Positions 52,695-64,000 of a stretch of DNA of 64,000 nucleotides are shown piece by piece. How positions within the stretch are numbered: the stretch's first letter is position 1; every line of letters starts with the position of its first letter. The stretch comes from Octopus bimaculoides (Eukaryota), in NCBI RefSeq assembly GCF_001194135.2, contig NC_068992.1, positions 1,556,561 to 1,620,560 on the forward strand, read 5' to 3'. The notes below the pieces were generated by a model that did not search any database, was not told where the DNA came from, and was given only the letters and a program-made list of their open reading frames with translations. A program made the translations under genes and the position numbers.

Positions 52695-52759
<65 letters not shown>

Positions 52760-52783
52760 GCTACTACTACTACTACTACTACT
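52663..52783. repeat. (TAC)n microsatellite
   Basis: Directly visible. Confidence 0.95.
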
Positions 52784-53149
52784 AATGCTACCGCTATTGT
52801 TAGAGATGAATCTTTTGTGAATCATACAACTATTCAGACGATCTATAAGGATTTATTCACTTAACCGAACGCAGGGAGGTTGCATCGAATGATTATAGAG
52901 AAAAGTGCCTTCGTTATAAGGAATTCGATTTCATTACCAACATTGATATGAACAAAAGTAGCTACTTAACTGCTTTTCCTCAGTTGAATCATTCTACAAG
53001 ATACTCAACTAACAGAAGTAGCGTCATTCCGACTGATTTTTTACTCAGAATTCTGCGGGAACTTTTGAAAAGTAACCAAAGTATTATCAACCAATTCCAA
53101 TAGAATTTCTGTCATTAAAACTTCCAGGAAAAAAACAACTCACAGCCTA

Positions 53150-53420
53150 TCAGACAGTAGATATATAAATAAAACATTTGAAACCCAGATCATAGAATGG
53201 TTTTAAGCAGTAACCTATTCTTTTGATCTTACTTGTAATTGAACATTCATCATAGATCGCAACATTCAACAGTTGACTTGGAAATTTCCTATAAATGTTT
53301 TGACATTAAGTGGAACATCTGACGTCAAACTTGCAAACATGGAAATATTGAATGGTGTCACTAAATATTAAACGTATAACAAAATCGTAGCCTGCCAGCT
53401 GTGTCTAGACAGAACACCAT
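53150..53420 (+). mobile_element. Decayed GIY-YIG C-terminal region of a Penelope-like element
   Basis: STVDLEISYKCFDIKWNI and TYNKIVACQLCLDR match the T.LS...W.....I.W.I...Y.....C.LCL.EK pattern; many stops. Confidence 0.45.
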
Positions 53421-55570
53421 AAAATATGTATGTGAACTACAAAAGAAATATATCGATGGACATTGGTGAAATCCTGTGTGTAGTACACGTCCTTCTTATA
53501 TTCGGCAATAAAAAAAAAAACGCAGAACTTGAATTCTTGGATACTGAATATTGCTCCACTACGTTCTAATGGTCCCCAGAAAGAAAAAAACTTTCTTTCT
53601 TTAGACACTTCAAAAAAGATTAGAAGTGTATGACTCTCGTGACGTCTGATTGTCTCTAAATCAACTGAGTGGATTATAATTTAGAATGATTTTCTATAAA
53701 AAGTGATGGCGCGGATTCTTACTGAAATCCACATCGATGTTAACAAACAAAAAAAGAAACATAAATAATGTCTACATTTTTAACGCATCAACTCCCCTGC
53801 AGACGTCTATGGTAAATGTGAATGTAGAGCTAGAGTTGTAAGACCAAGCCATGAGTACTATTTTATCACTTAAGAAACACCTTTGAAGCATAAGAACCAT
53901 AAAGATAGGAATGGTTACATTACATTCATAACAAATATGATTTTTACCAAAATTATGCAGACGTGCCACCCACCTATTTCTATACTCTACCAATATCGCG
54001 TGAAACGTACCTCAAAAATACTGTACTCTTCTGTTCGTGGGAAGAACTTAACATATAAATATATCTGAGAATGTTTACAAACAAAAATAAAGTTCGAACA
54101 CGAATTCAATAATTTAATATGAAAATGTGTAGAAAAATGTAAGTGAAAACTCTGCTCAATGCTAACTCAATGGTGCTTATATTATTCCCTATAACAAGGA
54201 AGAACTTATCAGTCTTGACAGAAAATATGTGGATCGCAGGGTGCTACTGCAAAACTTATATCGGAGTATTATCATTAAAAATTTTGATTTATATTGATCG
54301 TTATAGATGCACTTGCAAGAATTACGTAGGAGCCAGGAAACACTTAATGTTCTCCAGAAAAGAGTTTGAATGAATGATTCATTTCCGACAAATCTAATCA
54401 ATAAATTAGTGAAGATCAACTGTTTTCATTTGACTATATTTGCGTAAAATATAATAAACCTACATAGACTACAGCAGACGATCATTCATACTTAAAATCA
54501 CAAACATATAACTACATATATATCATTGTAATAAAATTTAGTGAGGCCAAAGGCCTTTTCTCAGTAGTAGATGAGGTAAACTTGTCTCCTGCCCCACTAG
54601 ATGATGCATAGATGGTTACGACATTCATTTGGATGTTTCATATACAAGATAACAATCACTGTTATAATAGTCTCATTTATAAATAAAGTGAGAGCAAGAA
54701 ATGAATACAAGAAGACAGTAAATAAAATATATTCGTGGTAACTCAAAGACACAGTAGACACCATTCATATAGCTGTAAGTACATATTCTATCCTTTCAGT
54801 AACTATCAAATTCGTGATTGCAATACCGAAATATAATAGTCATTTGGATAATTAATGATCTTAAAGAATCACATAAACTGACACAAACAATAATGGAAGA
54901 ATTCCTTAACTCACTACGGCACAAATGAAAAATACGTTACTTCACTGAATAATTGAGACGTGATTATTTGAGACAAAAACAAATAACAAGAATCAAAAAC
55001 TAGGAAAGACGTCAAAAGCAAGATATCCGCTGCATAAATGACTGGCAGCATTAAAAATAACATTAATGTAACTTATGCAAAACCTAAACTAAAGGATTTC
55101 CAAATGTAAGAGAATTCCCTCTACATGCCAGCTTCCTTTAAGATATGATATGTGAGAAACAGTAATCTAGAGAAGATTACGAAAGAGAAAATTTGAAAAA
55201 AAAAAAAAAAATGTGAGCTGTCAGGAACCAAGAGATTAAAAGATTATTGGTGAAAGCTAAGAATACAAATGGCAATCAGGGGTCCTATTATTTCAGACAA
55301 CAAAACACATATTTGATCCGTACTTGAAAGCACATTNNNNNNNNNNATATATATATATAAGAATTTAAGGATTGGAGAAAACGCATGTTATAATTGCATA
55401 CTTTATTCCTACATATGTTTCAAAGGATTACAACCTGTGTGATCCATCTTACGTTTAAGATGATTCCCATGCTTTCCCTGATGAGAAGGTTACAATGTTA
55501 ATATCAAAGATCCCTATGACTGAAATATGTATAAGCCTGGTACATTGCATAGTACAATTAATCACGATGT

Positions 55571-55885
55571 CTGGTACCCCGTCAGATACCACGATGAGGG
55601 TTCCAACTGATCTAATCAATGGTACAGCCTACTCGTGAAATTAACCTGCAAGTTGCTGAGCACTCACAAACTCACGTACCCTTAACATTGTTCTTAGTGA
55701 TATACAGCGTGACCCAATGAGAAGTTGGGCTCTTTGCAATACAGATGCTACTCATTTTTACCAGCTGAATGAACTGGAGTAAGGCGAAATGCAGAGTCTT
55801 GAAGAAGGACACAACCTGGACTCAGGAATCGAACTTATGACCTCACAATTGTAGACGAATACACTAAACATTAAGCTACGCGCCT
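55571..55885 (-). mobile_element. Near full-length SINE family C
   Basis: Reverse complement has head AGGCGCGTAGCTTAATGTTTAGTGTATTCG, B-box-like AGTTCGATTCC, central TTGTGTCCTTCTTCAAGACTCTGCATTTCGCCTTACTCCAGTTCATTCAGCTGG, and 3' GGAACCCTCATCGTGGTATCTGACGGGGTACCAG. Confidence 0.75.
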
Positions 55886-56484
55886 TTATTTGTGAACATG
55901 AAATTTAAAGTCAACATAAGAGAAAATACTGTCGCTAAAATATTTCAAAACGCATAATGTCTCTTATGTTCAGAGGTTGTGCATTTGTGTCAGCCTATAG
56001 TAGCTTATTTCATTTAACTAGGATATTTAATGTCTTAGTGATTATCTTGAAACGATGAAGATTCCAAGCAAATTATGCGACGGAATAAAATAGAATTTAT
56101 AGATTACAAATGTAAATGAAACACTAAATGTGCGTAACTACATTCTAGAATTAAAAAATGTAGCCTTTTACTTGCTATCTAAATTTTTCGAGATACAGTT
56201 TTGTCTCTATGTTAGAAATCTACTTGTTTCAAACAGCAAGAATAATATTAAAAACGAATTACGGCATACATACAAAAATAAATAAACAAATGAATATGAA
56301 GAGGCATGCATAGACACACATATACATGCATGTGTAAGTGTAGTACTGTATACTTCATAAGGTTTTTCCGCGTGAAACATCAAATATTTCTGTATTTGTC
56401 AAAATGTTGTTTTTACAAGAAAACCTAATGTTACTTTGCATACATTTATGTGAATATGTATTTATTTATATGAACACACACACA

Positions 56485-56531
<47 letters not shown>

Positions 56532-56931
56532 TGGGTGGTAGGGATATAGAATCCAAGTGAGTGCCGTAGTCGTTTTTGAAGGTTATAAACATACCTACTG
56601 TAACCTGATACTAAGCATTAACACTACTACTCGCTCTTTCGGGATGGTCTATGTCTGATGACTATTAAAATTCTTTGGACAGCTAGTCAGCATGTTTTAA
56701 ACCAGCAGAGTTGAAAATGTTAAAATCTTTTGGGGCTATTTTTGGAACAATGACAACAACACGTACATTTCTGATGGACTTGTATTTAATTTAGGTTCAA
56801 TGGAATCAATGCAGTTGACACCATCCTGAAAACGCGGCAATTAACAATAAGTACACTTAAATATGCAAAATTTGCATTGCTGCAGAAACATGTGTAGTTA
56901 TAGAAAAAGAGTATTTAATTCAAAGTGACAT

Positions 56932-57092
56932 CGAATGTGACAAGGCTGGCTCTTTGAAATGTTTGCCAGCGGAACGGACTGGAACACCTGAAATAAAGTG
57001 TCTTGCTCAAGAACACAACGCACCACCGGGAACTGAACTCACAACCTTAGGATCGGGGGCCGAACATCCTAATCACTAAGCCACGTGCTTTC
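56932..57092 (-). mobile_element. 5' half of SINE family C
   Basis: Reverse complement AAAGCACGTGGCTTAGTGATTAGGATGTTCGG...GAGTTCAGTTCCCGGTGGTGCGTTGTGTTCTTGAGCAAGACACTTTATTTCA. Confidence 0.8.
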
Positions 57093-57767
57093 ATATACAT
57101 ACTTTCACGGACGCATGATTAAATGAAAAGACCGTGTTCGTAATATGATTATAGACATACGGACGTCTCATCAGTAGTTACCAAAAAACTGTTAGTAACT
57201 CATTATATTCCAAGATCACATGATATTCTAGCTGAAACAGCGTTTGGTTATCTGCCCCTGAGTACATTTAGAAGATACTTATGATATTTTCTATCAATGC
57301 TAACACCAATATTGACTGACGATATTTTTGTTTCGAACCGTTAAACAGGGAAAAATATTACATTACGATTGTATAGATTTATAGAGACACTGTATCTTTC
57401 CAATCAACGAAAAAATATATATTTTTACACTTTACAGATTCAAACACGAAATCGTCTCCAACCAGTTTATTCTTTTAAACTGATATTTATAAATGTATAC
57501 ATAATGATTTCTATTGCTAAATTATTAAATCCCTAAGCTTCAACCCGTGATATTTCAAGCAAAAAAGTAATCATCTAAAATGCAAACACACTCTGTAAGC
57601 GGAATCATAAAAGTCTGAAAGATGTTTTGAAAGGTCAAAATCTCACACATAAACATAGTGCTATTTTAAATTTCAGTAACGGAGCCGAGTTTATTTGTTT
57701 ATTTGTAAGAAACCAGTTCCAGTTCTATGGGAAGAATTCAAATAGTTTAAAAAATTAAAAACATATA

Positions 57768-57852
<85 letters not shown>

Positions 57853-57860
57853 ATATATAC

Positions 57861-57909
<49 letters not shown>

Positions 57910-58863
57910 TAGAGAGAGACAGAGAGAGACAGAGAGAGACAGAGAAACACACATACATATATAATAATGTTTGGTTTGACTAATATAATTAGTGATGCTG
58001 TAAATACATCAGACACGAATGTTTATTTTCAATTAGCGCACATCTATACGTACACACACACATTAGCTTTGCAATTAAAAAAAGACTTATCGATTTCATC
58101 ACCAGCGACTGGAACTGACAGAAAAATTGTTACATAAGTGAAATTTATAATCTCCATCGTTTCTCTGTATTCATTATAATGGCGTTGATCTATTTTCTAT
58201 TCAGATTAATTTTACAATTTAGCTAGGATACAGAAGATATTTAATACAACGCTCTCTATTTATGCCGGTAATATTTAGCAAAATTCAAAGCACACCCGTT
58301 TTTCCAAACGCAGTTCATCCTTAGCAGTATGAGTAAAGTCCATTTTCTTCTAAAACAAACTTGTGTATGATGGTTCCAAAATATCGTTCCATATGTCAGC
58401 AAGAACAAAATTGTTTCTAACCCAACATTATCATGATTTAAATCTAAACAATAATGAGGAAAATGCTTTCTAGCAAGGGACAGGAATTGGGTTTCTCCAT
58501 TTCCTGATGTATTTATCTGATGAATTGCTTAATATAGAAGTTAATTTTGACACGAAATAGCTTTTTATCTTTGTTCATCATAGCTATTCATACATGCTTG
58601 CTTGCATGTTTACATGCATACATTCATTTTTATGCACAAACGCATATCAGCAAGCAGATTCAAATACATATACACGTATACCAGCATTGCATACACTAGC
58701 ACTGTCTACACTGCATACTCACATTGCATACCCCACTAATCGCTCCCCCTATCTCACACTCGTATACCAATCAGTGGCTAGTAACTGATTGTTTATAAAC
58801 TATGGTGTACACATGTATCTATATGTATATGCACTGATGTGTGCGAGTGTGTATGTCATTTCG

Positions 58864-61086
58864 TATGAATCTTTATAATCATACAAATATAATTACATAC
58901 CTCTGTTTCCATGTATGTGTGGGCACGTCTGCGTGTACGAGTGGGTTTATGTTCGTTTAGTTCATTATAGTTTCTGGATAACTTTGGATAACGTTTCATT
59001 TGTCCTGATTTCACAGTTAATTTTTATTCTGTATTTTAGTTCATATCAAATGATTCTATCCTGAATTCTTCAGTTGATATTGGAGAAACTAACAAACTGC
59101 ATATTCATAAGACAGTGAAATTATCGCATACAATCATTAATATGTATGTATGTATGTATACATGTATATTTGTTTCTGCTTGTCTCTCTCTGCTACGGAA
59201 TGGTACCCAATGACAAAACTAAGATCAATAAAATAATTCCTGATCTTCGAATATGCACTAAGTTGTTTTGATTAACTAAACGCTTTAACGCGATGCAATA
59301 ACATAAACGGTTTGTAGCAACCGAAACAGCTGAAAGAACAAATATACACACATATGAATACACACATGTACGTATATGTGTATATATATATTGGTGTGTA
59401 TGGCTATAAACATGTGTATATACTACATTGGACGTGTAAAGAGATAACTGTATGGCATATTCTAACCGGATAATGCTCAAACGTATGAATATAGATCTTT
59501 CAAAATATTGATAATACTCTGAGATCAAAGGAACTGCGCCATTTGTTAGCATGAGGAACGTAGCATAAAGTTCACTAATTTCAAGCAAGCCACCCGCAAA
59601 GAATTATTCGTAATACTTACCTTGCTTGAACTTTTAAGATCTGTGACTTGCTTCGCTTAGTAACTTAGATAAAAGTGGCATTAAATGGCATGTCGCGCTT
59701 ATACATACGTTATATGCACATACACACATTCACACGTACGTACACAAACGCACGCGCGTGCAAACACATAGCTGAATAGCTAGATAGAGATTTATTTATA
59801 TGTGTCTGTATATGTCTTGTGCAGGGCAAATTTCCATCCTTAATCACTAGCAGAGTGCATTCAAGTACTGCATAAAATAGTCATAAATTAGTCTAGCACA
59901 TCGATGGATACAGTATTTAGCATATATGTGCTTTAGAAGGCTTTTAAGCATAAAATATTTATCTCGCTATCTCTCTGTGTCTCCACCTCTCTCTCTCTCT
60001 CTCTCTCTCTCTCNNNNNNNNNNNNNNNNNNNNNNNNNNNNNNNNNNNNNNNNNNNNNNNNNNNNNNNNNNNNNNNNNNNNNNNNNNNNNNNNNNNNNNN
60101 NNNNNNNNNNNNNNNNNNNNNNNNNNNNNNNNNNNNNNNNNNNNNNNNNNNNNNNNNNNNNNNNNNNNNNNNNNNNNNNNNNNTATATATGTATATGTAT
60201 ATATAGAGAGATAGATAGATAGTTAGATACACACACATGAACCACACACACAGGTTTCATGTAATTTTTAGTAATCAATAAGTATAGAGAAAATGAGCAA
60301 AACACGAAATCTGCATATATATATTTTTTCCTCAGTATACATACATAAATGCATCATTTATGTGTGTATGTGTGTATATATATGTGTGTTTGTATGTGTG
60401 TATATATATGTGTGTTTGTATGTGTGTATATATATGTGTGTTTGTATGTGTGCGTTTGAGTGTGTGTGCATGCACGCGTGTGTATTAGTGTGTACTTGTA
60501 TGACTGTGGGTGTATCTGTATATGCATGAATGTATGTACATACGTAGTGCTGTGTGTGTATCTGTTAAGACAGAAAGAGAGAACGTAAGAGGATAATTGC
60601 TTGTCAGAGAAAGAAAGATGGAAATTTTGGAGTGAATTTGATTAGCGAGAAAATGCTAATATGTTAAAATGTAATAGGAATAATGAATTATAATATTATA
60701 TATTTTATTGTAAACGGGTAATAGTTTATATCTAGATATTAATGGCTAGCACAGAAACATCTTAATGAGTTAATTAAGGAATAATCATGATAAGAAACAT
60801 CTTCATTTTCTATGAATCTTTATAATGATACAAATCTAATTACATACCTCTGTTTCCATGTGTGTAGGCACGTCTGTGTGTACGAGTGGGTTTATGTTCG
60901 TTTAGTTCATTATAGTTTCTGGATAACTTTGGATAACGTTTCATTTGTCCCGATTTCACAGTTAATTTTTATTCTGTATTTTAGTTCATATCAAATGATT
61001 CTATCCTGAATTCTTCAGTTGATATTGGAGAAACTGACAAACTGTATATTCATGAGACAGTGAAATTATCGCATACAATCATTAAT
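58864..61086. repeat. Direct duplication of about 275 bp of otherwise unique sequence (58864-59141 and 60811-61086)
   Basis: The copies are colinear, with roughly 8-9 differences counted by eye. Confidence 0.9.
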
Positions 61087-61259
61087 TTTAGATAGAACAC
61101 ACCATTTATACGTCAATCAATGATGATTATTTACTTCAATCATTATATATGCAGTTATTCGTATCGTATAGGAAAATAGCACGATTATAAATATCATATC
61201 TTGGCTTATTGCCATCAACCGTATTTGTGTGTGTGTACGTATGTGTGTGTTTCTGAATG

Positions 61260-61324
<65 letters not shown>

Positions 61325-61426
61325 GCACACACATATAGACACTCATTATATAAATATGTATATGCGTACATATGTACACGTATATATTATATATCTATAT
61401 ATATATATATTATATATCTATATCTA

Positions 61427-61471
<45 letters not shown>

Positions 61472-61984
61472 TTATTTATTTATTTATTTATATATTTATT
61501 TATATATATGAACATACATGTGTGTATGTGTCTAGTGATATATGTATTACGTATGTATGTATTTATGTACGGTTCGTAAGATAGTGGCAGACTACGGAAA
61601 CATATCTCTGACATATGGGGAATTTTTCGTGGTGTACGTGTTTGTTGACAATCCTATTCTATGAACCATTTGTGTTACTATTTGCTGTCTATTTAATTCA
61701 CCCAAGCAGTTGGTCAACACATGATACCATAATCTCCTTCGATATAGACTTTTTCAAAATCCTGATAACTGCAACTATAATATCGGTTAGATTTCTGTTC
61801 ATTTGCTTTATTGTTGGCGCTTCTGTGATTTGAAATAAACGGCGGCTTTGCCATTTATGATGTAGGCGCAAGTCCAACTGGTCCCTCTCATCGTCACACT
61901 GGATGTTATCTTTGCTCAAATTCAAAGACTTCTTCGTGGATTTCAATTCAAAAATAAATTATCAGAAGACAAAACGGTTTCAAA

Positions 61985-62190
61985 TTTTGGCACAAGGACA
62001 GCAAGTTCGAGAAAAAGGGTAAGTTGATCCCGCCTACACCAGTACACAGCTAGTACTTATTTTAACAGCTCCAAAAGGATGAAAGGCAAAGTAGACCTCG
62101 GCAGAATTTGAACTCAGAATGTAAAGACTGACGAAATGGCGCTAAGCATTTTGCCTGGCACGCTACCGATTCTGGCAGCTTGCCGCCTCA
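61985..62190 (-). mobile_element. SINE family B copy
   Basis: Colinear with 9405-9620. Confidence 0.85.
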
Positions 62191-62214
62191 TACCAAAAGA
62201 AATAATTGTTTCTA

Positions 62215-62413
62215 TTACAGGCACAAAATTATGGAGGAGGGAGTTAGTCGATTACATCGACTTCAGCGCATAACTGGTACTTACTGAAACGACCTCGATT
62301 GGATGAGGCAAAAATCCACCTCAGCAGAATTTGAAACCAGGACCTAAAGACAGACGAAATGCCGCTAAGTGTTTTGCGCAGCGTTCCGAAGATTCTGCTA
62401 GTTTTTCGCCTTA
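62215..62413 (-). mobile_element. SINE family B copy, more decayed
   Basis: Colinear with 9405-9620. Confidence 0.78.
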
Positions 62414-62482
62414 TCCCGGAGGAAATAATGCAAGTTGTTTGGCTGACGCTCAAGCAACTTTTGAAACCCGTCACTTTTACGC

Positions 62483-62517
62483 GTTCTATAGTTCTATAGT
62501 TCTATAGTTCTATAGTT
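62483..62517. repeat. (GTTCTATA)4 octamer repeat
   Basis: Directly visible. Confidence 0.95.
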
Positions 62518-62781
62518 ACAACCAATCTCATTATCTGTTGGCAACTGTTTTATTTTCAACGTGGATTCTTATGAAATTTTTTTCCGTGTGTCACGCAAAT
62601 GAAATCATTCTATATATATATTGTTTTCTCTTTTGTGAATCTGTTTTTTATATTCGAATTACCAACGTGTGACATCATTTCCAGGACATAATGAAAATAA
62701 GCTATAATCACACAAGGTCATTCATTTTATTAATTAATTTTTTTCGAAAAAATCGAGCAAAACGAACAAAGACCGCAAATC

Positions 62782-62944
62782 GTTAGTACGCCGAGAAAAA
62801 TGTTTAGCAGCTATTCGTTCAGAGTTGAAATTCCGCCCGTCATTTCGGGGTCTTTAAAATAAATACCAGCTGAGCCCTGGATTCGACGTAATGGACACAA
62901 TCCTTTTACCGAAATTACTGGCCTTGTGCCAAAATCTGAGACCA
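62782..62944 (+). mobile_element. SINE family B copy with internal deletions, opposite in orientation to its neighbours
   Basis: GTTAGTACGCCGAGAAAAATGTTTAGC...GAGTTGAAATTCCGCC...GGCCTTGTGCCAAAATCTGAGACCA is the reverse complement of the neighbouring copies. Confidence 0.7.
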
Positions 62945-63690
62945 AAGTTTGCCTTAGAAATACACACAGTGAATAATGTTCATATTATTCTAAAAATAAC
63001 ATTAGTTCTTCGTACCTTTTAATTATAGGTATTTCCCCACCGTTATCAAATGTAATTTGAAATGTTGAGTTCATCTAATAGCCTACTATTTTCCCCAAAA
63101 TATTGCGGATGTTTATTTCTTTTTTTTATTTTTATAAGCTCAAAATAAATCTTATGAAAATTTGGAAATTGAAAATTTCATGCAGCTAGAGTAATATTGA
63201 ATGAAGTCAAAATTAATTTAATCTCCCCATAATTCTTTGTAAATTTATTCTTTAAATTTCTTAACGAAAATAAATTTTGACAAAACAATTATTTTTACAT
63301 GTTATTCAAAATAAAATAGCAGCGGAAGTAAAACCATAATTTGTACAAAAGAATACTAGCCTTCATCTTTAATCTTCGCAGGTGTGAAATAAGTTACGTC
63401 CATCGCATTATCCAAAGACATAGTTTATTTGAAATCAGGAGCCACAATGTCTCGTGTTATGACTAAATGCCGAAAGTCTGCAATTTGTTGTTAATTAACG
63501 ATCCGGAAGAAAAAGCATTCAATATAAAAATCGAGGGTGATTGTATATTTAGTCTGATCCAACCGCCTGTTACTACAAACACGTGGTTATTCCGCGTTGA
63601 AAGGCCTGAACAAGTATTCTTAGATCGGACTATATAAATGGGTTAGATAATTACCTTAACCTAGCGGCGCCGGTAACGTATTATCAGCCA

Positions 63691-63900
63691 TTGAAAATAA
63701 CCATGGAATGTGTACTTAACAGCATTAGGGCTCGAGCTCCCAATTACACTGTCAAGGATGAGCTTGGTCGTTATGACTCTGCCTCTTTAGAACTACAGGG
63801 CAGGCCAGTGGATGAGGGATCAGCTGCTTCTGAGACAAATATAAGGAACACATTTTTGTCCTACAGAAGAAACATAAAAATCGGCACTCCATTTGAGTGA
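63691..63900 (+). mobile_element. Decayed RTE-like LINE apurinic endonuclease N-terminus
   Basis: TGGAATGT (WNV, out of frame with the listed ORF), then KDELGRYDSASLELQGRPVDEGSAASETNIRNTFLS, cf. RTE ELARY.ID..AL.ETR..DEG......YTFFWSG. It may continue past the window edge. Confidence 0.5.
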
Positions 63901-64000
63901 ATTTCTTGATCAGTGTCTAAGTCTCAGACCCGTACCACAGCAGGAGGATGGGAGTTACACGACAACCCTGAGGATGGCTTTGAACATTAATCAGTACACA

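Noticed and set aside
55405-55535. Hammerhead-like pieces (CTGATGAG…GAAATATG on plus; GAAACATATGTA on minus)
   Set aside because: Neither strand gives both an intact core and a properly closed stem II; at best a badly decayed pLTR.
59621-59663. Minus-strand micro-exon ending in AAG/GTAAGT
   Set aside because: The acceptor is a weak AAG with a poor pyrimidine tract; donor hexamers are common by chance.
17301-61584. Numerous long ORFs rich in YI, CV, HT, SL or X
   Set aside because: Read-through of (TA)n, (TG)n, (CA)n and (TC)n repeats and N-gaps.
61565-61610. CGTAAGA-TAGT ggcag ACTA-CGGAAACATATC, loosely hammerhead-like
   Set aside because: Core scrambled, and no stem I or valid cleavage triplet.
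61698-61946. 82-aa ORF possibly from an R4/Dong N-terminal region
   Set aside because: No diagnostic motif recognised.

Overview
AT-rich, gene-poor eukaryotic DNA from a gapped short-read draft assembly (about 14 N-gaps, mostly at (TA)n microsatellites). The repeat landscape points to a cephalopod, most likely Octopus (inference from repeat families, not a database match). I found no convincing host gene: nearly all ORFs in the track are microsatellite read-throughs or decayed transposon fragments. The window is probably intergenic or lies inside a very large intron, and only two weak candidate exons were seen. Recognisable content: (1) three tRNA-derived SINE families; (2) R4/Dong-type non-LTR fragments tied to (AAT)n arrays; (3) a CR1/L2-type LINE 3' end whose tail matches a SINE tail; (4) weaker L1/Tx1, RTE and CR1 remnants; (5) a maT-like (Tc1/mariner superfamily) transposon and a mariner with an inverted interior; (6) several Penelope-like element (PLE) remnants. 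The most interesting signal is a set of four hammerhead-ribozyme-like folds that the ORF track cannot show: 13631-13680 (-), 16382-16433 (+), 49504-49539 (-) and 51048-51142 (-). Three lie beside PLE coding remnants, all deviate from the canonical core, and one has an unusual extra hairpin inside the catalytic core. All family assignments come from manual translation and motif recognition, and the ends of decayed elements are approximate.
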